Source: Alphaproteobacteria bacterium
GTDB taxonomy: Bacteria; Pseudomonadota; Alphaproteobacteria; MPNO01
Assembly (NCBI GenBank): GCA_965203455.1
Contig: CBDBCV010000012.1
Location: 175,911-239,910, forward strand
Length of the DNA stretch: 64,000 bases
Direction: 5' to 3'
A program made the translations under genes and the position numbers. The notes beneath the pieces were generated by a model, which worked only from the letters and a program-made list of their open reading frames with translations, made no database searches and was not told the origin of the DNA. The number at the start of each line of letters is the position of its first letter. The stretch's first letter is position 1. This document shows, in pieces, positions 8,008 to 17,877 of this stretch.

Positions 8008-9005
8008 TTACCCTTGTTGACGTGTGAGGCCCGGGATTTTCGGGTCGAAGTTCCAGGGCATGAGTTCGTCGATGCGTGACAGGGGGTGCATGTCGATGAT
8101 CCGGCGCAGGGTGTCGGTCAGGTAGACCTGCGGATTGACGCCGTTGAGCTTGCAGGTGCCGATCAGGCTGGCGCACCGCGCCCAGGTCCTGGCGCCGTCG
8201 TCGCTGCCGGCGAACAGCGCGTTTTTCTTTGTGAGCTTCACCGGACGGATGAGGTTCTCGACAGGGTTGGTGTCCATCTCGATACGTCCGTCATGGAGGA
8301 ACCGGCACAGGCCATCCCAGCGCTTGAGGGCGTAGCGGATGTGCCTGGCGAGTTCGGACGCGCTGGACAGACGGTCGAGCCGGGCCTCGAGCCAGGGCCG
8401 CATGGCCTCGACGATCGGCGCCGACAACTCCTGCCGCGCCTTCAGCCGCAGCTCTGGCGGGTGACCGCGCACCATGGTCTCGATCCGGTAGAGCGCCGCG
8501 ATCCGTGCGAGGATTTCCTCGCACAGGGGCGACTCCGTGGCGCGCTGGAAGTCGACGAAGCGTCTCCGCCAGTGGGTCCAGCAGTAGGCGAGCACCCATG
8601 GGCTGACCGTCTGCTTCGGATCGCCGAGCGCATCGTACACCCTGTAGCCGTCCACATGCAGCGGGCCGCCGCCGGTGTAGCCCCGCATCAACTCCAGAGC
8701 GACCTTCGCACTTCGATGGCGCGAGTGGTGGAACACCACGATCGGCGGGTCGACCCCGCCATAGCCGCGCTGATCGCGGGCGATCGCCCACAGATAGTCG
8801 AGGCGCGTCTTGCCGGTCCCCGGCGCCATCACCGGCACCGTGGTCTCGTCCATGAACAGACCGTCCGACGCCTTGAGGTGCTCGATCATCCGGTCGATCA
8901 CCGGGGCCAGCACCTGCATCCCGCGCCCCGCCCAGTTCCCCAGCATGGTGCGGTCGAGGTCGATCCCCTCGCGCCGGTATGCCTCGCTCTGACGGTAGAA
9001 CGGTT
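8008..9005 (-). CDS. tnpC: IS66 transposase TnpC, 3' exon (variant A)
   Basis: PFYRQSE..MDET..YCWTHWRR..DTNPVENLIRP..KKNALFAGS. Confidence 0.85.
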
Positions 9006-10866
9006 AGCGAGTCGCGCGGGGGAATCTCACCCCCACGCGCTCCCAGAACCGTACGTGAACCTCTCAGCTCATACGGCTCCCAGCGTCCGGCCCTGCCCGT
9101 GCACAAGGGTCCAATGGGCGAACCGCCACGGCTCCGCTTTCGCGATTCTGGCAAGCCAGAGACGAGCCTGACGCGGTCGTTGTCGGAAGCGTTTGAACTT
9201 CCGCATTGCCCATCGCTGCAAGTGGGCGTCTATCAGACGAAGGGTCGGATAGAGCGCCGACTTGTAGAATGCGCCGAAGTAGCCGATCCACCCTGCAATT
9301 TCGCGATGAAACATGCGGGCAAGGTCAAGCAGTGCCTTGTCGCTACGCCGTTGCAAACGCCACTGTCGCACGCGGCGCCGAAACGCCTTGAGCGCAGTCG
9401 GGCTGGCAGCCGGAAGGAACGAGACCCCGAACAACCCGCCGCGCCACGCCGCGAACCTTGGCTGGAAACGGTAGCCCAGGAAGTCGAACGCGACCGTCGG
9501 GTAGTCCGCCTTGCGGTTGGTATCCTTGCAGTAGACCACCTTGGTCTTCTGCGGATGGACCTCCAGGCCGCACTCGGCCAATCGGTCCGCAACCCGCCGC
9601 CAGAGGGTCTTTGCCGCCTCCTCCGTTCGACAATGGCAGATTATATCGTCCGCATACCGTTCGAACGGAACATGCGGCATCGACCTTTTCATCCATTGAT
9701 CGAACGCATAGTGCAGGAACAGGTTGGACAATACTGGCGAAATTACCCCGCCCTGTGGCGTGCCCCTGTCCCGTGCGACAACGGTGCCGTCCTCCTCGAT
9801 CACGGGAGCCTTCAACCAGCGCTCGACATAGAGCAGCACCCACCGGCAGTCCGTATGGTGACGAACGGCCTTCAGCAGCAACTCGTGGTCGATGTTGTCG
9901 AAGAACCCCTTGATGTCCATGTCCAGCACCCAGTCGTAGCGCCAGCATCGCCGACGCGCTGTCCGGATGGCGTCAATGGCGGATCGCTTCGGCCGATATC
10001 CGTATGAGTCCTCATGGAAAATCGGTTCCAACAAGGGCTCCAGATGTCGGCGAACAACCTCCTGAGCGATGCGGTCCGTGACCGTCGGTATGCCCAACGG
10101 GCGCTTCCCGCCGCCCTCCTTGGGGATGTTCACCCTGCGAACCGGAGGCGGCATATAGCTGCCTGAGGACATGCGATTCCAGAGCTTGTAGAGTTCCGGA
10201 CCAAGCCGTTCCTCCAGACTCTCGACCGTCTGCCCATCTACTCCAGCCGCTCCCCGGTTTGCCTTCACATGCTTGAAGGCTTCCCAGACTTCCCTCTTTG
10301 CTATCGGGAACGGCTTTGCCCCTGTCATCCGGCTCCTCCTGTCACCAGTTGGCCGACGGCAGCGGCTGAACACCACAGCCCCTTCGGTCCAGCGCCATTA
10401 CAGCGCCTTCATCCCTACTACGGGCTGTTCTGCCCCTGTGCCCCGCATCGGTACTCTGAGCCTTCCGGGGGCTGCCCGGTTGGCCGTCTCCCTTGGCATC
10501 GGGACGACAGGTTCTCCTGTTCCGCAAGAAAGCCTGTTCCGGGTTCACGCCGCCTTCGAGCCGGATGCCGCGTGGGCCGGACTCCAGGACTCCGCCCATG
10601 CTTGTCCCGGAGTGACCACCACCCCCGGTTCTGACATCGACCATACGCTTTCGGCAGTTCATCGGCGGTTCGCTTTCGCTCGTCTCCCCGGACCTCACCT
10701 GACGAGATCGTCGTCCCGCCGTTTCCACGACGCTCACCACCATCGCTCTTTACGACAGCAGCTCGTGGTGGTTTGAGACCGACGCCTGATCGTCGACCCC
10801 GAGGGGCCTACCCTCATCTCTCTTGCAGTTGCGCACCTCCTTTCATGGCGGTGCTTCAGGACACAC
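9006..10866 (-). mobile_element. Complete group II intron, class D (RmInt1-like)
   Basis: 5' GTGTG at 10866; domain V/VI GAGCCGTATGAG..GGTTCACGTACGGTTC..GGGGTGAGATTCCCC at 3' end; removal restores tnpC frame. Confidence 0.9.
9069..10328 (-). CDS. ltrA: Group II intron reverse transcriptase/maturase without endonuclease domain
   Basis: 419 aa; RPLGIPTVTDR, GTPQGGVISP, RYADD, FDFLGY. Confidence 0.95.
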   Translation of the reverse strand: MTGAKPFPIAKREVWEAFKHVKANRGAAGVDGQTVESLEERLGPELYKLWNRMSSGSYMPPPVRRVNIPKEGGGKRPLGIPTVTDRIAQEVVRRHLEPLLEPIFHEDSYGYRPKRSAIDAIRTARRRCWRYDWVLDMDIKGFFDNIDHELLLKAVRHHTDCRWVLLYVERWLKAPVIEEDGTVVARDRGTPQGGVISPVLSNLFLHYAFDQWMKRSMPHVPFERYADDIICHCRTEEAAKTLWRRVADRLAECGLEVHPQKTKVVYCKDTNRKADYPTVAFDFLGYRFQPRFAAWRGGLFGVSFLPAASPTALKAFRRRVRQWRLQRRSDKALLDLARMFHREIAGWIGYFGAFYKSALYPTLRLIDAHLQRWAMRKFKRFRQRPRQARLWLARIAKAEPWRFAHWTLVHGQGRTLGAV

Positions 10867-11431
10867 GGTGATCGCAATACTTCGAGACCAGCACATGCGC
10901 CAGAAGGCCGGGGCCCGGTCGGCCGCGCTCGATCGGTCGCGGCGGCAGCGGCGCCTGGTGGAACTTCTCGCAGCCGCCGCAGGCCAGGCGCGGACGGACG
11001 ATGCGCTTCACCACGAAGCGGCCGGGGATGTACTCCAGCTCCTCCGTCACATCCTCGCCGAGCCGCTTGAGACGGCCGCCGCAGTCCGCGCAGCGCTCGC
11101 CCGGCGCGAGAACCGTCTCCTCGCGCGGCAGGTGGTCCGGCAGGGGACGGCGCTTCGGCTGCTTCTTCGTGGCGGGCGTCGGCTCGGTCGGCGCCTCGGC
11201 CGCCCGCGCGATCTCCTCGTCCTCCAGCCCGAGATCAAGCTGGTCGAGGGCCTCCGAGGTGACGCCGAAGCGCTGCCGCCGCAGACCCGCAAGCTGGTGC
11301 CTGAGCTTCTCGATCAACAGATCGCGGTTGCGCAGCTCGGCGTCCCGTGCCGCCAGTTCGGCCCGCGAGGCCAGCACCATCGCCTTCAACGCGGCGATGT
11401 CGTCGGGCAGGGAATGGGCCGCTTCGAGCAT
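10867..11431 (-). CDS. tnpC: IS66 transposase TnpC, 5' exon
   Basis: Leucine zipper, RRQRFG, LPDHLPRE, CADCGG zinc finger, ends SKYCDH at intron. Confidence 0.85.
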
Positions 11432-11505
11432 GGCCGCATCCTACCCGAAGGGGCCGACAAAGGGAAGCCCGAATGACAGTCAACCCATTGTTTATAAACG
11501 GTGAA

Positions 11506-11853
11506 TCAGCCCGCGGCCAGCGGTCTCCAGGTGCGAACCGGCGCCCGCCAGTCGATCCCCTCAAGCAGCATCGACAGCTGCGCCGACGTCACCGACACCT
11601 TCCCTTCCGATGCCGACGGCCACACGAAGCGGCCGCGCTCCAGACGCTTCGAGAACAGGCACGCACCCTGGCCGTCCCACCAGATCATCTTGATCAGGTC
11701 GCCCCGGCGGCCGCGGTAGATGAAGAGATGGCCGCAATGCGGATCCGCCTTCAATACCCGCTCCGCCTGCGCCGCGAGACCGGGGAACCCCTTGCGCATG
11801 TCGGTCACGCCGCAGGCCAGCCATACCCGGGTCGAGGAGGGAACCGGGATCAT
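11506..11853 (-). CDS. tnpB: IS66 accessory protein TnpB
   Basis: [27 protein letters not shown]. Confidence 0.9.
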   Translation of the reverse strand: MIPVPSSTRVWLACGVTDMRKGFPGLAAQAERVLKADPHCGHLFIYRGRRGDLIKMIWWDGQGACLFSKRLERGRFVWPSASEGKVSVTSAQLSMLLEGIDWRAPVRTWRPLAAG

Positions 11854-13660
11854 CCGCCAAGCGCCCGCACCACCCGGCACAGCGCGTCCGCGTCGAACGA
11901 CCCGAACGCGCTCACCCGGTGGCCGTTCGACAACGCGATCTCGATCCGACCGTCCGATGCCGCGGCCGGCTCCAACGGCGGCGCATCGGGCACCACCTCC
12001 ACCGGCAGGAAGGACGGCGCCTCCCCGGCATCGGCCGCCGGCCTGTAACGGGGATCGCGCCGCCAGGTGAAGATCAGGTTGGCGTTGACGTCATAGCGGC
12101 GCGCCACAACCGACACCGAGACACCGGGAGCGTAGCGGTCGTGCCCCCAGGCGTGGTGTAGGAGCAGGAGCCAGCATCGGTAGCTGTGGGTAAGTGGCCC
12201 GCCGCCGCGACCGTGTGGCGTCTGGCGGCGGCGGGCCACTTATCCATAGCGGATGGCCATCGCGGTGCCGGTTAGGGTTGGGCTTCTACAGTCCATCCGA
12301 CCGGAGGAGTACCACGATGACCACCAAGGACATGATGACCCTGCAGGCGCTTTTGGAGAAGAGTTCGGACGCCGATCTGCTTCGCGAGATGATCGGGTTC
12401 ACGGCCGAGCGTTTGATGGCGCTTGAGGTGGAGGGCCTTGCGGGAGCCGCACACGGCGAGCGTTCGCCGGACCGGCTCACCCATCGCAACGGCTACCGGG
12501 ACCGGGTCTGGGAGACGCGCGCGGGCACGGTGGAGCTGAAGATCCCGAAGCTGCGCAAGGGGAGCTACTTCCCGGGCTTCCTGGAGCCGCGTCGCATGGC
12601 GGAGAAGGCGCTGACGGCGGTGATCCAGGAGGCCTACATCAAGGGCGTGTCGACCCGCTCGGTGGACGACCTGGTGCAGGCCATGGGCATGTCGGGCATC
12701 TCGAAGAGCCAGGTGTCGCGGCTGTGCGGTGAGATCGACGGCAAGATCCGCGACTTCCTCGACCGCCCGCTGGAGGGCGACTGGCCGTATCTGTGGCTGG
12801 ACGCGACCTATGTGAAGATGCGCGAGGCCGGGCGCGTCGTCTCGGTCGCGGTCACGATCGCGGTGGCGGTCAACGACCAGGGCCGCCGCGAGGTGCTCGG
12901 CATGGCGATCGGCGCGTCCGAGGCCGAGACCTTCTGGACCTCCTTCCTGCGCTCCCTGGCCCGCCGCGGCCTGCGCGGCGTCAAGCTGGTCGTCTCCGAT
13001 GACCACAAGGGCCTGAAGGCGGCTGCAACGCGCGTCCTCGGCGCCACATGGCAGCGCTGCCGCGTCCACTTCATGCGCACCCTGCTCGCCCATGCCGGCA
13101 AGCAGGGCCGGCGCGTCGTGTCCGCCTTCGTCACCACCGCCTTCGCCCAGGAGGATGCAGACAGCGCCTCCGCCCAGTGGCGCCAGGTCGCCGACCAGCT
13201 CAGGGCCAAGGCGCCGAAGCTCGCCGCTCTCATGGACGAGGCCGAGCACGACGTTCTCGCCTACATGACCTTCCCGGCCGCGCATCGCCCCAAGCTGCAC
13301 TCGACAAACCCGCTCGAACGACTCCATGGCGAGATCAAGCGGCGTACCAACACCGTCGGCATCTTCCCCAACGAGGACGCCATAACACGGCTGATCGGCG
13401 CCATCCTGCTCGAGCAGAACGACGAATGGGCCGTCCAGAGGGCCAGATACATGACGCTGGAATCAATCGCTCCCGTGAGCGACAATGCAACCGTCAAGCT
13501 GCCCGCCGTGGCAGCCTGAGCCTACCGGCCCTACCCGCCGGATACCGCGACGGCCGCCAGGCTCTTACACCACGGCTCGGGACACGATCCGAGCGTAGCT
13601 CTGCGCCACGATCCGGCGCTTCTCGTCGTCCGACCAGAACCGGCGTACCCGACGTGGCAC
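11850..13660 (-). pseudogene. tnpA: IS66 TnpA (HTH) split by IS256
   Basis: Rejoined frame [42 protein letters not shown]. Confidence 0.8.
12137..13589 (+). mobile_element. IS256-family element copy 1 (transposase 12317-13519)
   Basis: 26-bp imperfect TIRs GGTCGTGCCC../..GGGACACGATC; GAGCGTAGC duplicated; [24 protein letters not shown] motifs. Confidence 0.95.
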
Positions 13661-13830
13661 CGCAGCCCCCTAAGATAGTGTCCATTAGCCGATAATGGAC
13701 ACTATCGACCTCTGGAACCTCACCAGAGACTGCGGCTCCAAGCCGTCTCGCCACAAGGGCGGTCACGCCAGACGCTTACGTTTGACCGCCGGGTCCGGTT
13801 CGCGATACCACGGCCCGGGGGAGGCGGCCC

Positions 13831-15447
13831 ATGACGGAGCCGGCGGGGCTCGGCAGCTTCGACTATGCGATCGTCGGCGCGGGGTCGGCCGGCTGCGTGC
13901 TGGCCAACCGGCTGTCGGAAGACCCGCGCAACCGGGTGTTGCTGCTGGAGGCCGGCGGCCGGGACGATTATTTCTGGATCCGCATCCCGGTCGGCTACCT
14001 CTACACCCAGAACAACCCGCGCACCGACTGGTGCTTCCAAACCGAGCCCGAGGCCGGGCTCAACGGGCGGGCGCTGAATTACGCGCGCGGCCGGGTGCTG
14101 GGCGGCTGCTCGTCGATCAACGGCATGATCTACATGCGCGGCCAGGCGCGCGATTACGACGGCTGGGCGCAGATGGGAAACCGCGGCTGGGGCTGGGACG
14201 ACGTTCTGCCGTGGTTCCGGAAGTCCGAGCACCATTTCGGCCCGGCCGACGAATTCCACGGCACCGGCGGCGAGTGGCGGGTCGAGCGCCAGCGGCTCGG
14301 CTGGGAGATCCTCGATGCCTTCGAGCGCGCCTGCAACGATATCGGCATCGCGCCCACGCCCGACTTCAACGACGGCGACAACGAGGGGACCGGCAAGTTC
14401 GTCGTCAACCAGCGCCGGGGCGCGCGCTGGAGCACGGTTCAGGCGTTCCTGAAGCCGGCGCGGGGGCGGCCCAACCTCACCGTGCTGACCGGCGCCCAGG
14501 CGAAGCGCGTCCTGTTCGACGGCAGGCGGGCGACCGGGCTCGCGTTCTGGCTCAAGGGCGCGGAGACCCGGGTCGACGTGGCGGGCGAGACGATCCTGGC
14601 GGCGGGGTCGATCGGCTCGCCGCACCTCCTCCAGGTCTCCGGCGTCGGGCCGGGCGGCCTCTTGCGCGGGAACGGCGTCGCGGTGCTGCACGACCTCCCC
14701 GGCGTCGGCGGCAATTTGCAGGACCATCTCCAGCTTCGCCTGATCTACCGCGTTTCCAACGTCGTCACCCTCAACCAGCGCGCCAACAGCCTGTGGGGCA
14801 AGGCGGCGATGGGGCTCGAATACGCGCTGTTCCGGCGCGGGCCGCTCTCGATGGCGCCGAGCCAGCTGGGCGTGTTCACCAGATCCGATCCGTCGCGCGA
14901 GACCGCCAATTTGCAATATCACGTCCAGCCGCTGTCGCTCGACCGGTTCGGCGAGCCGCTGCACCGCTTCCCGGCCTTCACCGCCTCGGTCTGCAACCTC
15001 AGGCCGGAAAGCCGGGGGACGGTGACGCTCAAATCGCCCGACCCGAGGGAGCCGCCGGCGATCGCGCCCAACTACCTCTCGACGCCCGCCGACCGGCAAA
15101 CCGCGGTCGACGCGATCCGCCTGACGCGCCGGATCGCCGCCGCGCCGTCGCTCGAATCCTACGCGCCGGAGGAGGTGCTGCCGGGCGCCGAACGCCAGTC
15201 CGACGGGGAGCTCGCCAGCGCCGCCGGCGACATCGGGACGACCATCTTCCACCCGGTCGGCACCTGCCGGATGGGCCGCGACCCCGGGGCCGTGGTGGAC
15301 GATAGGCTGAAGGTGCAGGGCATCGCCAACCTCCGCGTCATCGACGCCTCGGTGATGCCGGCGATCACGTCCGGCAACACCAACAGCCCGACCATCATGA
15401 TCGCCGAAAAGGGCGCGGCGATGATGCTGGAGGACGCGCGGGGGTGA
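13831..15447 (+). CDS. GMC oxidoreductase (choline dehydrogenase-like)
   Basis: GAGSAG, LGGCSSINGMIYMRG, NLQDHLQ, FHPVGTC, SGNTN. Confidence 0.9.
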   Translation: MTEPAGLGSFDYAIVGAGSAGCVLANRLSEDPRNRVLLLEAGGRDDYFWIRIPVGYLYTQNNPRTDWCFQTEPEAGLNGRALNYARGRVLGGCSSINGMIYMRGQARDYDGWAQMGNRGWGWDDVLPWFRKSEHHFGPADEFHGTGGEWRVERQRLGWEILDAFERACNDIGIAPTPDFNDGDNEGTGKFVVNQRRGARWSTVQAFLKPARGRPNLTVLTGAQAKRVLFDGRRATGLAFWLKGAETRVDVAGETILAAGSIGSPHLLQVSGVGPGGLLRGNGVAVLHDLPGVGGNLQDHLQLRLIYRVSNVVTLNQRANSLWGKAAMGLEYALFRRGPLSMAPSQLGVFTRSDPSRETANLQYHVQPLSLDRFGEPLHRFPAFTASVCNLRPESRGTVTLKSPDPREPPAIAPNYLSTPADRQTAVDAIRLTRRIAAAPSLESYAPEEVLPGAERQSDGELASAAGDIGTTIFHPVGTCRMGRDPGAVVDDRLKVQGIANLRVIDASVMPAITSGNTNSPTIMIAEKGAAMMLEDARG

Positions 15448-15614
15448 AGGGAGGCATTGCGGGAACTCTCCGGCGAAACCGTGCGGTCCCGGCAAATCGG
15501 CCGAAAGACGGTGCTCCCCCCGAGCCCCCGGGGCGACTATTCGCTTGAAGGCAGGCCGGAGGTTCGGCAAAGTCTCCGGCGCGGGCGGCGCGATGCCGCC
15601 GAGGAGGGTATCGG

Positions 15615-15878
15615 GTGACCCCTGAACTGATCGCGATATTGGCAGTCGGCGTGGCGTTGGCCGGCCTGATCCTGCAGGGCCAGCGAGGTCTTGGCGCGCG
15701 CATGGACGGTCTGGAAGCCCGCATGGACCGGTTCGAGGCGCGCGTCGAGGCCCGTTTCGACGCCCTCGCCGAGGAGATGAGGGAGGTCCGCGACCGCCTG
15801 AGCCGCCTGGAAGGCAAGATGGACTTCCTCGAAGGCTACATCGTCCGCCGCAACGAACCCGAACCGGCGGCGGAGTAG
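15615..15878 (+). CDS. Small N-terminally membrane-anchored coiled-coil protein
   Basis: GAGGAGG upstream of GTG; hydrophobic aa 5-20 followed by heptad repeats. Confidence 0.7.
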   Translation: MTPELIAILAVGVALAGLILQGQRGLGARMDGLEARMDRFEARVEARFDALAEEMREVRDRLSRLEGKMDFLEGYIVRRNEPEPAAE

Positions 15879-15905
15879 CCGGCCGAGACGCCGCCGCGAC
15901 GGCAT

Positions 15906-16010
15906 CCCCCTCACCCTCACCCTGACCCTCTCCCCGCCGGGGAGAGGGGACGCGCTTGAAGATCCCACCTTGCCTTCTCCCCTCCCGCTTGCGGGAGGGG
16001 CCGGGGGAGG
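15906..16010. repeat. Palindromic repeat pair, family C
   Basis: CCCTCTCCCC-GCC-GGGGAGAGGG plus CCCCTCCCGC-TT-GCGGGAGGGG. Confidence 0.8.
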
Positions 16011-16166
16011 GCGGGCCGCGGCCGGCGCGGTCCGCTTGACCCGGAGGATCGCCGCCGGGGCGCCGTCTGCCGCTCCGCCTCCCTGCGGTCGGCTCCGGCC
16101 GATATGACGGGAGGCGAGGCCTCGACACGTCCCCGGCCGTTGTATTGGCTTTCTATAGAAACATTA

Positions 16167-17876
16167 GGAGCTTATATCGATTACTTGACAGGAGCGGGGC
16201 TGACAGGCGTTCCGGGCAGCGCCGGGGCGCATTCGGGTCCCGGCGGGCCGTTCCTCCCCGTCATGGTCGGCGAAGGCCGACCATCCACGAGTTTTTGCGG
16301 CGCCGGAAACGAAAAACAAATCGTGGATGGTCGGCCTTCGCCGACCATGACGGGGGGAGTCTGGGCGGTTTCCATGCCCGCCGCGACGCGACGGCGTCCC
16401 CGGCCGATCGTGTCCCGAGCCGTGGTGTAAGAGCCTGGCGGCCGTCGCGGTATCCGGCGGGTAGGGCCGGTAGGCTCAGGCTGCCACGGCGGGCAGCTTG
16501 ACGGTTGCATTGTCGCTCACGGGAGCGATTGATTCCAGCGTCATGTATCTGGCCCTCTGGACGGCCCATTCGTCGTTCTGCTCGAGCAGGATGGCGCCGA
16601 TCAGCCGTGTTATGGCGTCCTCGTTGGGGAAGATGCCGACGGTGTTGGTACGCCGCTTGATCTCGCCATGGAGTCGTTCGAGCGGGTTTGTCGAGTGCAG
16701 CTTGGGGCGATGCGCGGCCGGGAAGGTCATGTAGGCGAGAACGTCGTGCTCGGCCTCGTCCATGAGAGCGGCGAGCTTCGGCGCCTTGGCCCTGAGCTGG
16801 TCGGCGACCTGGCGCCACTGGGCGGAGGCGCTGTCTGCATCCTCCTGGGCGAAGGCGGTGGTGACGAAGTCGGACACGACGCGCCGGCCCTGCTTGCCGG
16901 CATGGGCGAGCAGGGTGCGCATGAAGTGGACGCGGCAGCGCTGCCATGTGGCGCCGAGGACGCGCGTTGCAGCCGCCTTCAGGCCCTTGTGGTCATCGGA
17001 GACGACCAGCTTGACGCCGCGCAGGCCGCGGCGGGCCAGGGAGCGCAGGAAGGAGGTCCAGAAGGTCTCGGCCTCGGACGCGCCGATCGCCATGCCGAGC
17101 ACCTCGCGGCGGCCCTGGTCGTTGACCGCCACCGCGATCGTGACCGCGACCGAGACGACGCGCCCGGCCTCGCGCATCTTCACATAGGTCGCGTCCAGCC
17201 ACAGATACGGCCAGTCGCCCTCCAGCGGGCGGTCGAGGAAGTCGCGGATCTTGCCGTCGATCTCACCGCACAGCCGCGACACCTGGCTCTTCGAGATGCC
17301 CGACATGCCCATGGCCTGCACCAGGTCGTCCACCGAGCGGGTCGACACGCCCTTGATGTAGGCCTCCTGGATCACCGCCGTCAGCGCCTTCTCCGCCATG
17401 CGACGCGGCTCCAGGAAGCCCGGGAAGTAGCTCCCCTTGCGCAGCTTCGGGATCTTCAGCTCCACCGTGCCCGCGCGCGTCTCCCAGACCCGGTCCCGGT
17501 AGCCGTTGCGATGGGTGAGCCGGTCCGGCGAACGCTCGCCGTGTGCGGCTCCCGCAAGGCCCTCCACCTCAAGCGCCATCAAACGCTCGGCCGTGAACCC
17601 GATCATCTCGCGAAGCAGATCGGCGTCCGAACTCTTCTCCAAAAGCGCCTGCAGGGTCATCATGTCCTTGGTGGTCATCGTGGTACTCCTCCGGTCGGAT
17701 GGACTGTAGAAGCCCAACCCTAACCGGCACCGCGATGGCCATCCGCTATGGATAAGTGGCCCGCCGCCGCCAGACACCACACGGTCGCGGCGGCGGGCCA
17801 CTTACCCACAGCTACCGATGCTGGCTCCTGCTCCTACACCACGCCTGGGGGCACGACCGTAATCGATATAAGCCCC
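16167..17876. mobile_element. IS1016-like MITE copy interrupted by IS256
   Basis: Starts GGAGCTTATATCGATTACTTGAC; near-identical to 36194-36433; right-end remnant GTAATCGATATAAGCCCC. Confidence 0.8.
16406..17858 (-). mobile_element. IS256-family element copy 2 (transposase 16476-17678)
   Basis: Near-identical to copy 1, inverted; no TSD. Confidence 0.95.
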
Positions 17877-17877
17877 T

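Larger units (their letters stand above)
7993..13779 (-). mobile_element. Chimeric IS66-family element interrupted by a group II intron and IS256
   Basis: Ends GTAAGCGCC (7993) and GACGCTTAC (13779); tnpA-tnpB-tnpC order; ends poorly matched, no TSD. Confidence 0.85.

Noticed and set aside
9069-10328. RT as retron, DGR or defence RT
   Set aside because: Flanked by a GTGTG start and domain V/VI, and precise removal restores tnpC, so it is an ordinary group II intron protein.
13674-13706. 14-bp-arm palindrome GATAGTGTCCATTA/TAATGGACACTATC
   Set aside because: Lies in the IS66 left end upstream of tnpA, where such inverted repeats are usual; not treated as novel.
12137-17858. Composite transposon of inverted IS256 copies carrying the GMC gene
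   Set aside because: Copy 1 has its own target duplication inside IS66 tnpA, and the outer flanks share no duplication, so the insertions are independent.
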